Assembly: GCA_963920595.1 (NCBI GenBank)
Contig: OY986946.1
Span: forward strand, 8,060,001 to 8,124,000
Source of the DNA: Eimeria praecox
Lineage: Eukaryota
Length of the DNA stretch: 64,000 bases
Direction of reading: 5' to 3'
The translations under genes and the position numbers were made by a program. The notes beneath the pieces are model-generated. The model saw only the letters and a program-made list of their open reading frames with translations. It had not been told where the DNA came from and did not search any database. Each line of letters begins with the position of its first letter. The stretch's first letter is position 1. Positions 1 to 11,445 of the stretch are shown here, one piece after another.

Positions 1-1
1 T

Positions 2-98
2 TGTTTAAATATAAAAATACATGAAACATCACGTCTGGGGTTTCTTAAACCGGAGGGGCTCCTCTTATACAACAGCAGCAGCAGCAGCAGCAGCAGCA

Positions 99-129
<31 letters not shown>

Positions 130-1037
130 GGGAAAGACAAGCGTAATTACTAAGCACTTTCCTCTTGTATCTCCACTCCAAAATGCAATCACACAAGCAT
201 ATCAGAAGAACTCGCGCTGCAGTGAGGTGTATGTACACCCGGCAGAGCAAGAACTGCCTCTTCCCCCAGATCCGCATGCATCTAAAGAAGAAGAAACTGA
301 AGATGCTTCAAATGATTTAATTTGTGAAGAAGATATTGATGAAGAGGAAAGTCAAGAAGAAAATAAAGAAAAGAAAGAAGAAGAAGAAGACAAAGGCCCC
401 AAACATACAAACGAAATTCAAATCAAAAAACACAGAGGAGATGAGTGGCATGCTCGTCGTCTTAAACAAAAACAAGTTCGTTCAATGATTGATGCTGCTG
501 CTGCTGCTGCTGCTGCTGTTGCTGCTGCTGTTGTTGCTGCTGCTGCTGTTGCTGCTGCTGTTGTTTGTGCTGCTGCTGCTGACACTGCTGCTGCTGCTGC
601 TTCTGCTGCTGTATAATGTGTCTCGATGAAGTTGAAGGTGGCCTTTGCCAATCTACGTAATTGAATTAGGAAGAAGAAAGGACTTGTCATGACTCAAATT
701 TAGGGTTTAGGGTTTAGGGTTTAGGGTTTAGGGTTTAGGGTTTAGGGTTTAGGGTTTATGCTGCAGCGCCACGTAGAATATCTGCAGCGAGGCCAGCGCT
801 TAGGTTCTTTTTCAAGACGTGTGCGTGGGCAGACGTATCTCCCTACAAGTGAGAAGGAGAAGATAAATAAACAATTAAACGAAGCAGAACAAAGAATAGA
901 TAAAATGATGGAGGGGAAAGACGTAGAAATTGAATTAAAAGAAACACAAAATTGCACTGTCACTGTTGATGCTCGCCTTTCAGGACATTTCACAAGAGAG
1001 GTAGGTGCAGATACACCTGAAATGCATGTATATACAC

Positions 1038-1107
<70 letters not shown>

Positions 1108-1628
1108 TAGTACATAAACACATTTGTTATATATATATATATATATATATATATAACAAATGTGTTTATGTACTAAGGTTGTTTCTATGTGCATCTTCGT
1201 AGAGAAGAAAACAGAAAGGGAGCGTCGGTTTATTTGTATTTGTTTTGTGGTATTTGTCTGTGTATACAAATAAAAGCAATAAAAGAATAGAGATATATTG
1301 TATATTAATGGCTGTCTTCAACATATCAGATTATGTTTTTTTTTTTTCTTTTTTTTTTAATCTACATATTTTCTTTTCTTTGTTTATTTATTTATTTTTT
1401 GTTTAGTTGTGGCAATTAGCTCTAAGCTCATTAAGATCTTCTACTCGTTCCGCCTACTCTTCTTCTCCTCTAGATATGTCTACTGCTTATCTTCTTCATT
1501 CTGCGGGAGGATCTACGGCAGTTAAGAAGAATTTACTTCACTTCTTAGCTGCGGCAATTAAAAGAAAATGCTCCATACAACACCAAACTAACTTCCTAGG
1601 GGACCTTCAATATACAGAAGTAAGATAG

Positions 1629-1710
<82 letters not shown>

Positions 1711-4700
1711 GTATATATATATTATTTGTTTTCTCTTCTACTTCTGCTATCAGCTGTTGTATGTTGTATAATGTATTTGTGTTTTTCTTGTTTGTTTCTT
1801 TCTGTATGTGTTTTTTCTTTATTTTTTGATATCCTCACGGATTTCATGAATCAAATCATTGTATTTATTTTTATTTTGTTGTATTTTATTCTTCTATATT
1901 ATATTTTATTTTGTTTTTTCTATTTATTTTATTACTTTACAGGATATAGAGGAGGTAGCGAGTCGCATCTCCCCCGGCAGCCCTCTGAATATTCAACTGA
2001 AAGGCGATAGAAGACCTCGAGTTCGTTTCAAACGTCCTTACAAGGGTTTGAATGTATGTTTAGTTTTATTTTAATTGTTTTAATTATTATATATATATAT
2101 ATATAATATATATATATATATATTATTCTCATCTTCCTTTTCACGAATAACACCACACGTCTCTCCCTATATCTTGTATCGTATCCTTCAATCGATACAT
2201 TCAACTTCTGTCTTATCTTACGCTGCAGCTCCGCGTTCCTCGAAAACCATATATTAAAGGAAAATTGTTTAATCTGACAGAAAATTATTTATCCTACAAA
2301 TTCTCTTCACTTGAAGACTACCCTCATCCTCAGCCTCCAGCTAAGGAGAGCGATTCTCTTGTTTTGCAGGTCTGTCTCTCCCTTCCCTGTCTTTCTACTT
2401 GTGTTTTCCTTCTTATCTTTGTTATTACGATCACTATTAATACTATTTTAATTAATATAAGCCAGAGAAAACAATTGATTTATACCCTTGATACGGCTAT
2501 CTCTCCCTTTCTTGCTGTAAAGTTGTTTGATTTGTTGTTTGAAATTTCGCCTCAGCTTTCTCTCTGCAGTTTTTTCTGTCTTTCTTTCTTACGTTTTCTA
2601 TTCTTGTTCCTGGGGTGTTGTACACTTCGTTTGTTTGTTTTTCTTTTATATTTGAAGGAAACATTTAGTATTTTTCTCTTTTTTATTGTTGCATCACTGG
2701 CTATTCGCTGTTATTTGTCTGTTATTATTGATTTCGTTGAATGCAGGTTGAAAATGGTTGATTTGAAGAACCTGATGCTTGTTCCTGGGGTGTTGTACTC
2801 TTCTTTTGTTTGTTTTACTTTTATATTTGAAGGAAACATTTAATATTTTTCTTTTTTTGTTGTTGCATCACTGTCTGTTCGCTGTTATTTGTCTGTTATT
2901 ATTGATTTCGTTGAATGCAGGTTGAAAATGGTTGGTTTGAAGAACCTGATGGCTCTTTCGGTCCTCAGATTCCACCTGAGTTTATAAGTGGAAATACAAC
3001 TCTTGATCTTGTTGAGCCATGGTATAACAAACTGAGCGTATCTAGTATCTCCTATTGCTTCTTTTTCTATATACAGCTTACAACAAGAGGCATTCACGGC
3101 CTGCGAGGTTGCATTCGGCTTGCAAGCAATACATCTTGGTTTTTGTTTTCTTAGATATCGCTAAATGGTGTATATCAAACTGAAAGAATAATGTTATTGA
3201 CGCTTGTTCATACTCAATTTAAACATATACCACAAACATGCAGTTATATGATTCGAAACAACACATATCGTCTTGCTTGCATGTTCTTCTTTAGTTGAAT
3301 TTGTTGATGCCCACATTTTCCTACAATACTGCCGCAAACAGAACATCATTAAATTAATTAAATGCGAGTTTCTAAGTAATTTAACTACTCACATCTAACT
3401 AACTGCGTGTTCAAATTCATTAGACTCAGTTGAATTTATGAAGAGATTATCTTCCCTTCAAAAACGCAGAAGTAGCCGAATCTAATCTCTACTCAAGCGT
3501 TAGCTATAAGTGTTTTAACAATATTACTGTCCTGTATTTGTGTGTTTTTGCCTGTTTGTCGTTTATTGCTGTTGTATACTCGTGTATTTTCCTTGGTTGA
3601 TATATCATTACTGTCTTGTTTTTATGTGTTTCCTCCTTTTTGTTGCTTATTCATGGCTTGTGTTGGGTTGTTTTCTTCGATTTATCTGTAATTACTGTCT
3701 TGATGTTGTGTGTTTTATTCTGTTTATCCGTAATTATTGTATTGCGTTTTCATCTTTTCTTTCAGGATTCCGTCGGAGTTGCTGGAAGCCGTAACGGGAA
3801 TATCTGTGGGGGAGATTCGCACAGTTCGAGTGTCTATTCCCTTCACTACTGCTCAGCTTTTGGATATTAATGCAAGACAGATGGAGGCAGAAAGCAGCAG
3901 TGATGCTTATCACTTGAATTCGATCGCAAAGCAAGCCTCGGCAGCAGCGAACAGCCAGAAGAAAGCCACTGGAGAGGAAGCTGAACAGGAGGGAAGAAGC
4001 CTTGTGCCCTTATATCTGAAGAACATCGCAAATACAACGAAAGAAGGGCTTTTCAAATCGCTCTTGGGCGAGAAGAAAGGAACGACAGATGAAGAGACAG
4101 CAGCGACACCAACACCCAAAGCAGCCACGGCAGCCAGTAGTGGAGGAGAAGCTGAAAGCGATAAAGAGGGACTCAAGGGAAACGAAGAGAATATGGGGAC
4201 ACAAAACAGTGAAGAAGATGGAGAGAACGAAGAAATCCATCACATTGATTGCCTGATCCAAGTCAAATGCCTCGACGTCAAACGCCGTATTTGGCCTGTA
4301 CTAGATGGTTCGCTGACACATCATCTACTTTTGGTTTTGTAATTAAATACAATTTAAAACCATCGCTTTTTCTCTGTTGTGTAGTCCTCACAGCGTGACA
4401 CAGAAGCAAAGAGGGGGAGAAGGGGGTTGATAGTGCAAGTAGCAGAGGCTGATTGCTGCTGTACTTTGGTGTTTGTGTTGATTTTTGTTAGGCTGCAATG
4501 TAGTATATACGTCCTATGATTTGGGGTTTAGTATTTGAATAACTGTGTTTTATCTTTTCTTCAGATGCATTTTTTGAAGCCAACTGCGAAATGACTCGAA
4601 AAGAACTGTGGGATGCTGTTGAGGCCGCTGGAGAGGAAATGGCAGAATCTGCTGCATCTAAACATGCCTTGGGCGCAGCAGCGCAAGCTTTAGATGAGAT

Positions 4701-6376
4701 AACACAAGTGGAAGTCCCAGGTATTATTTAGTCCCTAGAGAGTTGAATTCATTCATTCAATCGGATTTGTCTGTACTCAGTCACAGCGTATACATTAATT
4801 AACACAACGTGTATGTCTAAAAACAAAAGAAACGCCCGCTTGGACACAACAAGAAATCCGGGCAATTGAATGTTTCAGTCTGCTTTCTTCTTCTATCCCT
4901 CCCCCCCACCCCCCGCCGTTTTTGCTGTCTCTGCTTCCACGAAGTTCTATTTGTCTGTCGTGAAGCGGAAATGGCTCGTATCCCATAAGCTGAGCTTCTG
5001 TCTTCCGTTCATTTCACTTCTTCCGGATATAACAAATAATAAATTGGTTTACTAGTTGAGGAGCAATCCTTAAGAGGAGGTTATGAGCCCTAGGTTTTCA
5101 TCTGTTTACTGCATTTTTGTGTGCCCAGAGTCTATGTTCGAAGCTCAAGCCGAAGCCACGTGGAGACAGCAAGTTAAAGCGCGGGAATTTCAGGGGGAAA
5201 AAGACAAAAAGACGGAAAGTAAAGAAGAATTTGAAAAGTGGAAAGAAGAAAACAGACGAGGAATCGAAAACATACTCCGGACAGCCTTTGCTATCCAGGT
5301 GGGCTTCGCCCTCAGCTGCTGTACATCAAATCAAACTAAGTCGAATCGTTTATCTCCTGCTTGTGCTTTCGTATTTTCACGAGTTTCCACTTCTTCCTAA
5401 TAATATATGCAAGTGTTGTCTATTCATGAAAGATAAACTACGGAGGATGCGCCAACAAGCCCTCCCGCACTCGTTAGTTGGTTTATATCGCAAATCTGTA
5501 CAGAGATACCTCTGGGGGCAGCTTCATCTGCCTGAGAAGAAGCCCTCCGTATGATTGTTGCTGCTGTTCGGAAGGCAGAATCAACCATTTAATTGCTATT
5601 CTTCTGTGCATGCGGCCTCCGTCGCAGGCAGTTTATCAAAAAGAAGGTCTACAAGTGGATGAGACGAAGCTGCAAAGGGATCTCGCGAAGGCGATGCTAC
5701 AGGTGAAGGCTACACATCATTCTATTGTCTAATTATTCATCAATTGAAAATACAAATCAACTCTACCAGAGATAATATTATCTTCTGAAGCATTAACTCT
5801 CACTAAGGGTCTGTGGTTTCCCGCAATTAATTTGTATTTTCTTATTGCCTTTCAAAATGGCAGCTTCGTGTTTCATTGAAATTAAATAGAGGATGCATGC
5901 AAATGCAGTAAGGATTGTTCTGTTTTGTCCTCTTAACTCAGACGACGGAGGATGCGCCGGAGATTCTGTTGAAACAAATCTACAAGAAGGCACAGGCTTC
6001 TCTTGTATATGACTTCATATTGAAGAATGCAAATGTGGAATATTATATCGACGACACCCCCGCAGAAGTAACTGTGCAGCCAGAAGGTATACTTACCTTC
6101 TCCCTTTCCCCTTTGAAATACACCCCAAGTTTTGAGGCCCTGCTTCTGTATCTTTTATCTAAACAGAGGCTGAGGTTTGCGATTTACATTGCAGGGAGCG
6201 GCATTCCTCAACAAGGTGTTCGAGCTTTCCCTAGTGGGGTGGATGTTGCAGAATGGCGGCGAACGAGGAAAGAAACAATCGAACACAGAGACAAACTGAG
6301 AGAACAGGCGAAGCGTTTCTTTGTTGACCCCAAAACCGTTAGAAAATTCGATCAAGGAGATGCAAATAAACTTTAA
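2..6376 (+). CDS. tig: Trigger factor-like chaperone (N domain, FKBP-like domain, C-terminal domain), probably apicoplast-targeted; 5'-truncated by the window
   Basis: Frame-consistent GT-AG exons: 2-476, 767-1000, 1407-1619, 1943-2053, 2229-2369, 2921-3021, 3766-4307, 4565-4720, 5129-5298, 5628-5702, 5942-6086, 6195-6376(TAA). The spliced product has PRVRFKRPYKGL (TF linker, cf. P.V.L.DYKGL), LDLVEPWIPSELLEAVTGISVGEIRTVRVSIP (FKBP-like, cf. IPGFEEQL.G.K.GE...V.V.FP), VKCLDVKRRIWPVLDDAFF, EVPESMFEAQ, AVYQKEGLQVDE and LVYDFILKNANV (TF C-terminal pattern). The frame is open from base 2 with a Ser-rich, basic N-terminal extension. Confidence 0.8.
72..129 (+). repeat. (CAG)n microsatellite encoding poly-Ser in the trigger factor N-terminal extension
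   Basis: Direct read; in the coding frame it reads AGC (Ser). Typical Eimeria homopolymeric amino-acid repeat. Confidence 0.9.
493..611. repeat. Degenerate (TGC)n microsatellite in intron 1
   Basis: Direct read of GCT/GTT triplets between donor 477 and acceptor 766. Confidence 0.95.
699..757 (+). repeat. Interstitial telomere-like (TTTAGGG)n array, ~8 copies
   Basis: Direct read; lies immediately before the acceptor at 766. Confidence 0.95.
1106..1177. repeat. Perfect 72-bp palindrome (22-bp arms around a (TA)14 core)
   Basis: CTTAGTACATAAACACATTTGT (1106-1127) and its exact reverse complement ACAAATGTGTTTATGTACTAAG (1156-1177). Confidence 0.95.
1630..1722. repeat. (AT)n microsatellite; similar tracts at ~1041-1105, 2089-2122, 6693-6751, 6861-6921, 10608-10635 and 11060-11124
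   Basis: Direct read. Confidence 0.95.
2603..2951 (+). repeat. Tandem duplication of ~175 bp covering the 3' end of intron 5 and the start of exon 6
   Basis: Copy 1 ~2603-2777 and copy 2 ~2778-2951. Both start CTTGTTCCTGGGGTGTTGTAC and end GAATGCAG|GTTGAAAATGGTTG(A/G)TTTGAAGAACCTGATG. Confidence 0.9.
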
Positions 6377-6688
6377 CTGACTGTCATGAGAAAAGCTTCC
6401 CTTTATATATAATCTAAGCACGGGGACTGAGATGTGATGATTATAATTTAATTTCGTTGCGTATATTGTTTGAATCTCGGATAAAGAGCGCAGTTAACAC
6501 ATTCAATTACTACTGCATAGAAGCAGGTGCTCTGTAAGCCTGCCCTGAAACAGATATTCTGTTCTGTTAAGTGTTTTAGTGGCTACAGTGCTGTCACCAA
6601 CAATTTTAACTGGCTTAACACATAGAGAGTGGCCGCAGCTCTAGTTGGTGGATAGGAATACAATTCATACATACAGCTACGCTGCAAG

Positions 6689-6753
<65 letters not shown>

Positions 6754-6856
6754 GTGGTTCTCGTTGAATTACGATTGAAGCGTCCCATATGCCTTCAAGT
6801 TTCTCTTATAAATTCGATACAAACTCCCCATATGAATACGATTCAAGTTTTTCATA

Positions 6857-6924
<68 letters not shown>

Positions 6925-7723
6925 TATACGATTGTGGCTTCTCATAAAAGCTGTACGACTCCTCAAATCTGTTGGCGGCATTTATTACAAATGCGAGCTG
7001 CTGCAGATATATTTTGCTCATATCGACTTAGTTTTTTCTAATTAAATTTAGGAGATTAGATTAATTTAAGCTGCAAGTGAAACTGTATAGTCCTGTTCTA
7101 GCATAAGAGAGGAAGGAGGCCATCTGCCTACCGCGCGTTGCGTATTAAATGAAAAGAAGTTGAAAAACTTCTTCTTTAATGTCGTAAATAAATTAAAAAT
7201 CAAAGTCTTCAACAATCTGTAAACGAACAAGATGTGTTGTACGCTAGAGAAACACTCGGTTCTCCGTTTGGGACCCAACCTCAACGAGTAAGAACCATAT
7301 ATATATATATAGATGTATATATATATATATATAGATGTATATATATACAGAGAGAAAGAGATATATAGGTATAGAGATAGAGATAGAGATAAAGATATAT
7401 AGGGGTTCTATATAAGATATATGTCTCTCTCGGCTTCGTTCTTGTTTGTTTTCGTGTTTGTTCCTATTATGGCTTCTTCTACTTCTCGAGCTGCCAGCGC
7501 CAGTGAAGTTTGCTCCTCATTTTCTGATTTAGGGAAGAGAAGACAGAATACAGAAAAGGACGAAAGAAGTTCAAGTGAGAGAAACTTAATAACAACATAT
7601 TCTATAAACCTATCAACCCTCTCAGCCTCCCTCCCTAAACATCAAAATCTTCTCTGCTCGATACTGTCAAGGTGTCTGAGTTCATGAAGAGAAGAAAGAA
7701 GGGCGATAATAGAAAAAACTAAA

Positions 7724-7750
7724 GGGATTAGGGTTTAGGGTTTAGGGTTT
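7724..7750 (+). repeat. Short (TTTAGGG)n array
   Basis: Direct read, ~3 copies. Confidence 0.85.
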
Positions 7751-8115
7751 CTGTGTGTCCCTAACCTCAAATCGTGACGGTGGCTCGCAATGTAGTTTGA
7801 CGCGGCCCTTCAACCCTAACAAACAAAATACACACAACATCTCTCCCTCCCCTTCCTCTTCGCTTTCCTCTCATACATCTGATACAGTAGAACAGAAGTA
7901 GTCTACGAGTGTTTAGTAGATATTTTAAAACAGGAATAGCATTCATTAGCTATAATAAAATTGTTATATAATTAAATGATGAAGGCTACGTATAAGGATA
8001 GAAAGTACCGAGAGGCTCCAACACACGATTAACCATCGCGTTTATTTGGCCGTAAGTTTTCCCCTCAAACAGCGGAGAACATAAAATCCCCTACAGAAAA
8101 AAACGCAGATATTAT

Positions 8116-8305
<190 letters not shown>

Positions 8306-10255
8306 GACTGCCTCTTACATATATAGATAGATAGATATATAGATATAGATATAGATACAGATACGTGGGGTAATTCTATTAATGACACAACAGCATGACT
8401 GGCACCTTCATTATTTAAATGGATTCCCTCGCAACAACCACGCTGTCTTCAAATCACCTCCTCTCTTTGCTGCCTGATTGTCTCTATTTGTCCCTTCTAA
8501 AGAACTACTTAGTGCCCCTATATCCCATATTCTATCAACTCAAGGAAGCCTCTCTCGTACGGATTCGATTGCTTCTAGATTGTTTAAACAAATGCTCTGA
8601 ATCTGTAGGTGTTTCTTCGTGAACTAAGCTGCTCGTAGACTCCTAGTACCTCTCCTGTTCACATCTTCTATGCTCTATACCAAAGAATTTATATATTTTA
8701 TTTGATTTCATGTTCTTCTGTTGCTTTTTCTTACGTAAAAGTGTTGGTCATAGACATGATGGCCCATGGCGTAGTCATTCTTTACGTGGAAACAAATCGG
8801 CTGGAAGTTTCTCTCTACCGCCTCCCGCAGTTTTAGAAGATTTGGGCATTCGGGGGCAGCAAATTTATGAGCATTTCGACTTTGCTGGCCTGAGGCGGCA
8901 AGGAAGCTACAAGAAGAGTTTGAGCGATTAACCTCCGCCTTCCCAGCAACCTGTGTAGGTATAAGACCGCTATCTGTGCAGCCTCGAAAGCTGAAGCAAT
9001 TATAATTCAAAGGAACTCGTGTGAAATAACCCTTAGGAAATGCTGAACTGATGACCACCGATCTGCATATACACCCCAGCGATGCCGAGGCGGCGCGGGA
9101 GGGTAAGACAACGACCATGAGTCTTTCGCTGTTCCAAAAGAGTTCTGTTATACCTAAAATCAAATTCAAACTCTATTCCTCAGTTAACAAAATATAAGAA
9201 GCCTGAAGAAGAGAATGCTCCTTCGGTTCAACACACCGCCAGCTCCGAGTGTATTATGACCTTGGAGGGGCCCCCAGCCCATCGTTGTCGCCGCAGCATT
9301 GTTTGTAAATTTATACGAGATTCAAACATTCCACAATATTATTTAGATGGAATTTATTGACAAAAGTCCTTTTGCAGCAATCCTTCCATCTTCAGAAATA
9401 GCTTATGCTTTAACCAATAGCAACGGGGTTTCGGCTGTCAGTGCGGCTGTCTGACTTCAAGGTAGATCCAGGCATTATATCATTATTATTGGATATTCTC
9501 TTTAAGATTAATGAGCCCGAATATGTTTTAAACACATCTATTTGAATATTGAATGGTTATAGCCTAGACAGGCTGTATCTAGTACATAGATGTGGCGTCT
9601 GAATCCTACGTTGACATAGGGGGATACAGCTGATCTTGCTGCAAACTACCAACACCACTTCATTTATCTTCTTCGCTGAGGCCCTTCCCGGCAGATCTAC
9701 ACTTAATCCCCACTACTTACTACAACTATCTACGAGGGCAATCAACCCCCCTACTACTACCACTCTAACCTATTACTATCATTCAAGACTACTCTACTTA
9801 AGACTGAAGGTTATCTAAGGCCTCTCATAATACGGGAGCAAGTAGAACAGCATCAGTTAATAAGTAAATGAAATAGCAACAATATAATTCGAGTCCCTCC
9901 CTCGTTCTACTGTAGGACTACTGTGTAGAAGAAGGTGAGAGTGGCTATACTTGCCCCTCGTAACAGCAAAACCAACGATCAACATTTAAAGTTTTGCCTG
10001 TTTTATTTGTTTGTTTGTCTTTTCATGTGCTGCTGCTTTCTGTTCTATCTGCTACTTCTTATTACAACAATTCTATTTGTCTGTCTGATAGATTGAATCC
10101 ATCGAGCTTATAAAATCGCAGTTATGATAGATGAATGAGGTGTTTCTTCAACAAACAATGCTGTGTCTTTTCTTATATATCCCGCACTGTCTGTTCACTG
10201 ACAACACAAGTATATAACTTATCGTTATCATATTATTTATTCATAATCCTCCTCC

Positions 10256-11056
10256 TTACATAAGCCTTGATGCCGCCATCTTCTGTTTAGGGACCATCTT
10301 TGCTGGGGCCGAGCGAGCGCCGGGAATAACTGCTGTCTTCGGTTTCTCCTTCTTCTCCTTCTTCTCCTTTGCCGGCGTCTTCCTCAACTGCAAGCAACAA
10401 AGATATACAGCTGATTCTCCCTCTATTAAGCCGCATGCAACTATATTGAAGGGCATATAGATATACAGATAAATAAATATAAAAATATAAACTTCAATCT
10501 AATTATAACTATAAATATACATAGATGTGCACTTAACAATATCTGCAAACTACTCAATCTGCCCCATAGCTGTGCCCGCAAGCAGGGGAGGCCACATTTT
10601 CTATACTTATATATATATATATATATATATATATAGCTGATCATTCTTACCTTAGAGGCGTCCGGCTTGGTGGCTCTTCTCTGCTTGATTTCCTCCAAGG
10701 ATATACCAACAATAGCCTTCTGCACTTTTGCTCCCTTTCTCGTTCTGCGCTTAGCGACAGATTCTCCTCTGCTCTTCTTGTTGGCGCGGCGCCAGACCTG
10801 CATGTCATCCACACATAATCTTATACATATATACCCCCATATCCCACCCGAAACCCTAAACCCTAAACCCTAAACCCTAGATCGAGAGAACACAGTATAA
10901 ATAAACGAAACCGTTAAATAGTTTTGTACAGCCCAACCCCTGTTGGCTTTCCCCTGGTGAGGAAACAAACCATGCTGGAGCTGCTGCTGCTTCAGTGTAT
11001 GCGGACCTTAGCACCGAGCCCTCACCGAGCATCAGACGCGGTGACTCTGGCCGCAA

Positions 11057-11126
<70 letters not shown>

Positions 11127-11424
11127 CACTTGTACGTTCTCAGTATTAATTCAATTTCTTGGTTAATTAGGAAGAATACAACAACAAAGGATAGAGGATA
11201 TGACGTCATCAATCAAGCAACAACAGCAGCACATTAAACCCTACCAAAGTCCAGCGAAGCTTGGCTGCCTTCAGCTTTTGTCTGCCGAGGCGAGCCTCCT
11301 TTGAGTGTATGTATGTATGAACCTTCCCATCGCGAGAAACAAACTTCTGCCCACGACCTGGGTATATACGATACTCGCTGAAGGAGCACAGCTCCGTCTT
11401 AATGGTGGTCTGGACGGCCGCCAT
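10256..11424 (-). CDS. RPL24: 60S ribosomal protein L24 (eL24), ~152 aa
   Basis: Exons 11424-11245, 10797-10651 and 10387-10256, all phase-0 GT-AG. Product contains KTELCSFSEYRIYPGRGQKFVSRDGK...LRWTLVWRRANKK...KVQKAIVGISLEEIKQRR, the canonical eL24 signature. An acceptor-like TGCAG just upstream of the ATG suggests a 5' UTR intron. Confidence 0.96.
10851..10878 (-). repeat. (TTTAGGG)n array on the minus strand inside the RPL24 intron
   Basis: AAACCCT x ~4 on the plus strand. Confidence 0.9.
10922..11056 (-). ncRNA. Candidate intronic box H/ACA snoRNA (two hairpins, 3' ACA box)
   Basis: GC-rich ~135-nt island in an AT-rich RPL24 intron, sense to the host gene. Hairpin 1 is closed by UGCGG/CCGCA and hairpin 2 by CAGCUC/GGGCUG, ending U-ACA-AAA. 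The hairpin 1 pocket (AGAGUC / GCU) is complementary to the conserved LSU rRNA segment AGC-UU-GACUCU. The hinge reads ACACUGA rather than an exact ANANNA. Confidence 0.62.
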
Positions 11425-11445
11425 CCTCGAATCCTGCATAATCAT

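Noticed and set aside
699..757. TTTAGGG array as a true telomere
   Set aside because: Short and inside an intron with genes continuing; interstitial heptamers are typical of Eimeria.
65..1269. Poly-Ala and YIYIYI ORFs (also at 6754-7041, 8065-8388 and 10877-11212)
   Set aside because: Translations of CAG, (AT)n and (TAGA)n microsatellites in introns, intergenic DNA or the wrong frame.
2603..2951. Repeat-spacer (CRISPR-like) interpretation of the direct repeats here or at 20402-20440
   Set aside because: Only two copies, no unique spacers, no cas genes, eukaryotic context.
11140..11212. Possible C/D snoRNA (TGATGA...CTGA, minus strand) in the RPL24 intron
   Set aside because: The C box lacks the leading purine, there is no terminal stem, the interior is very AT-rich and I recognised no rRNA antisense element.
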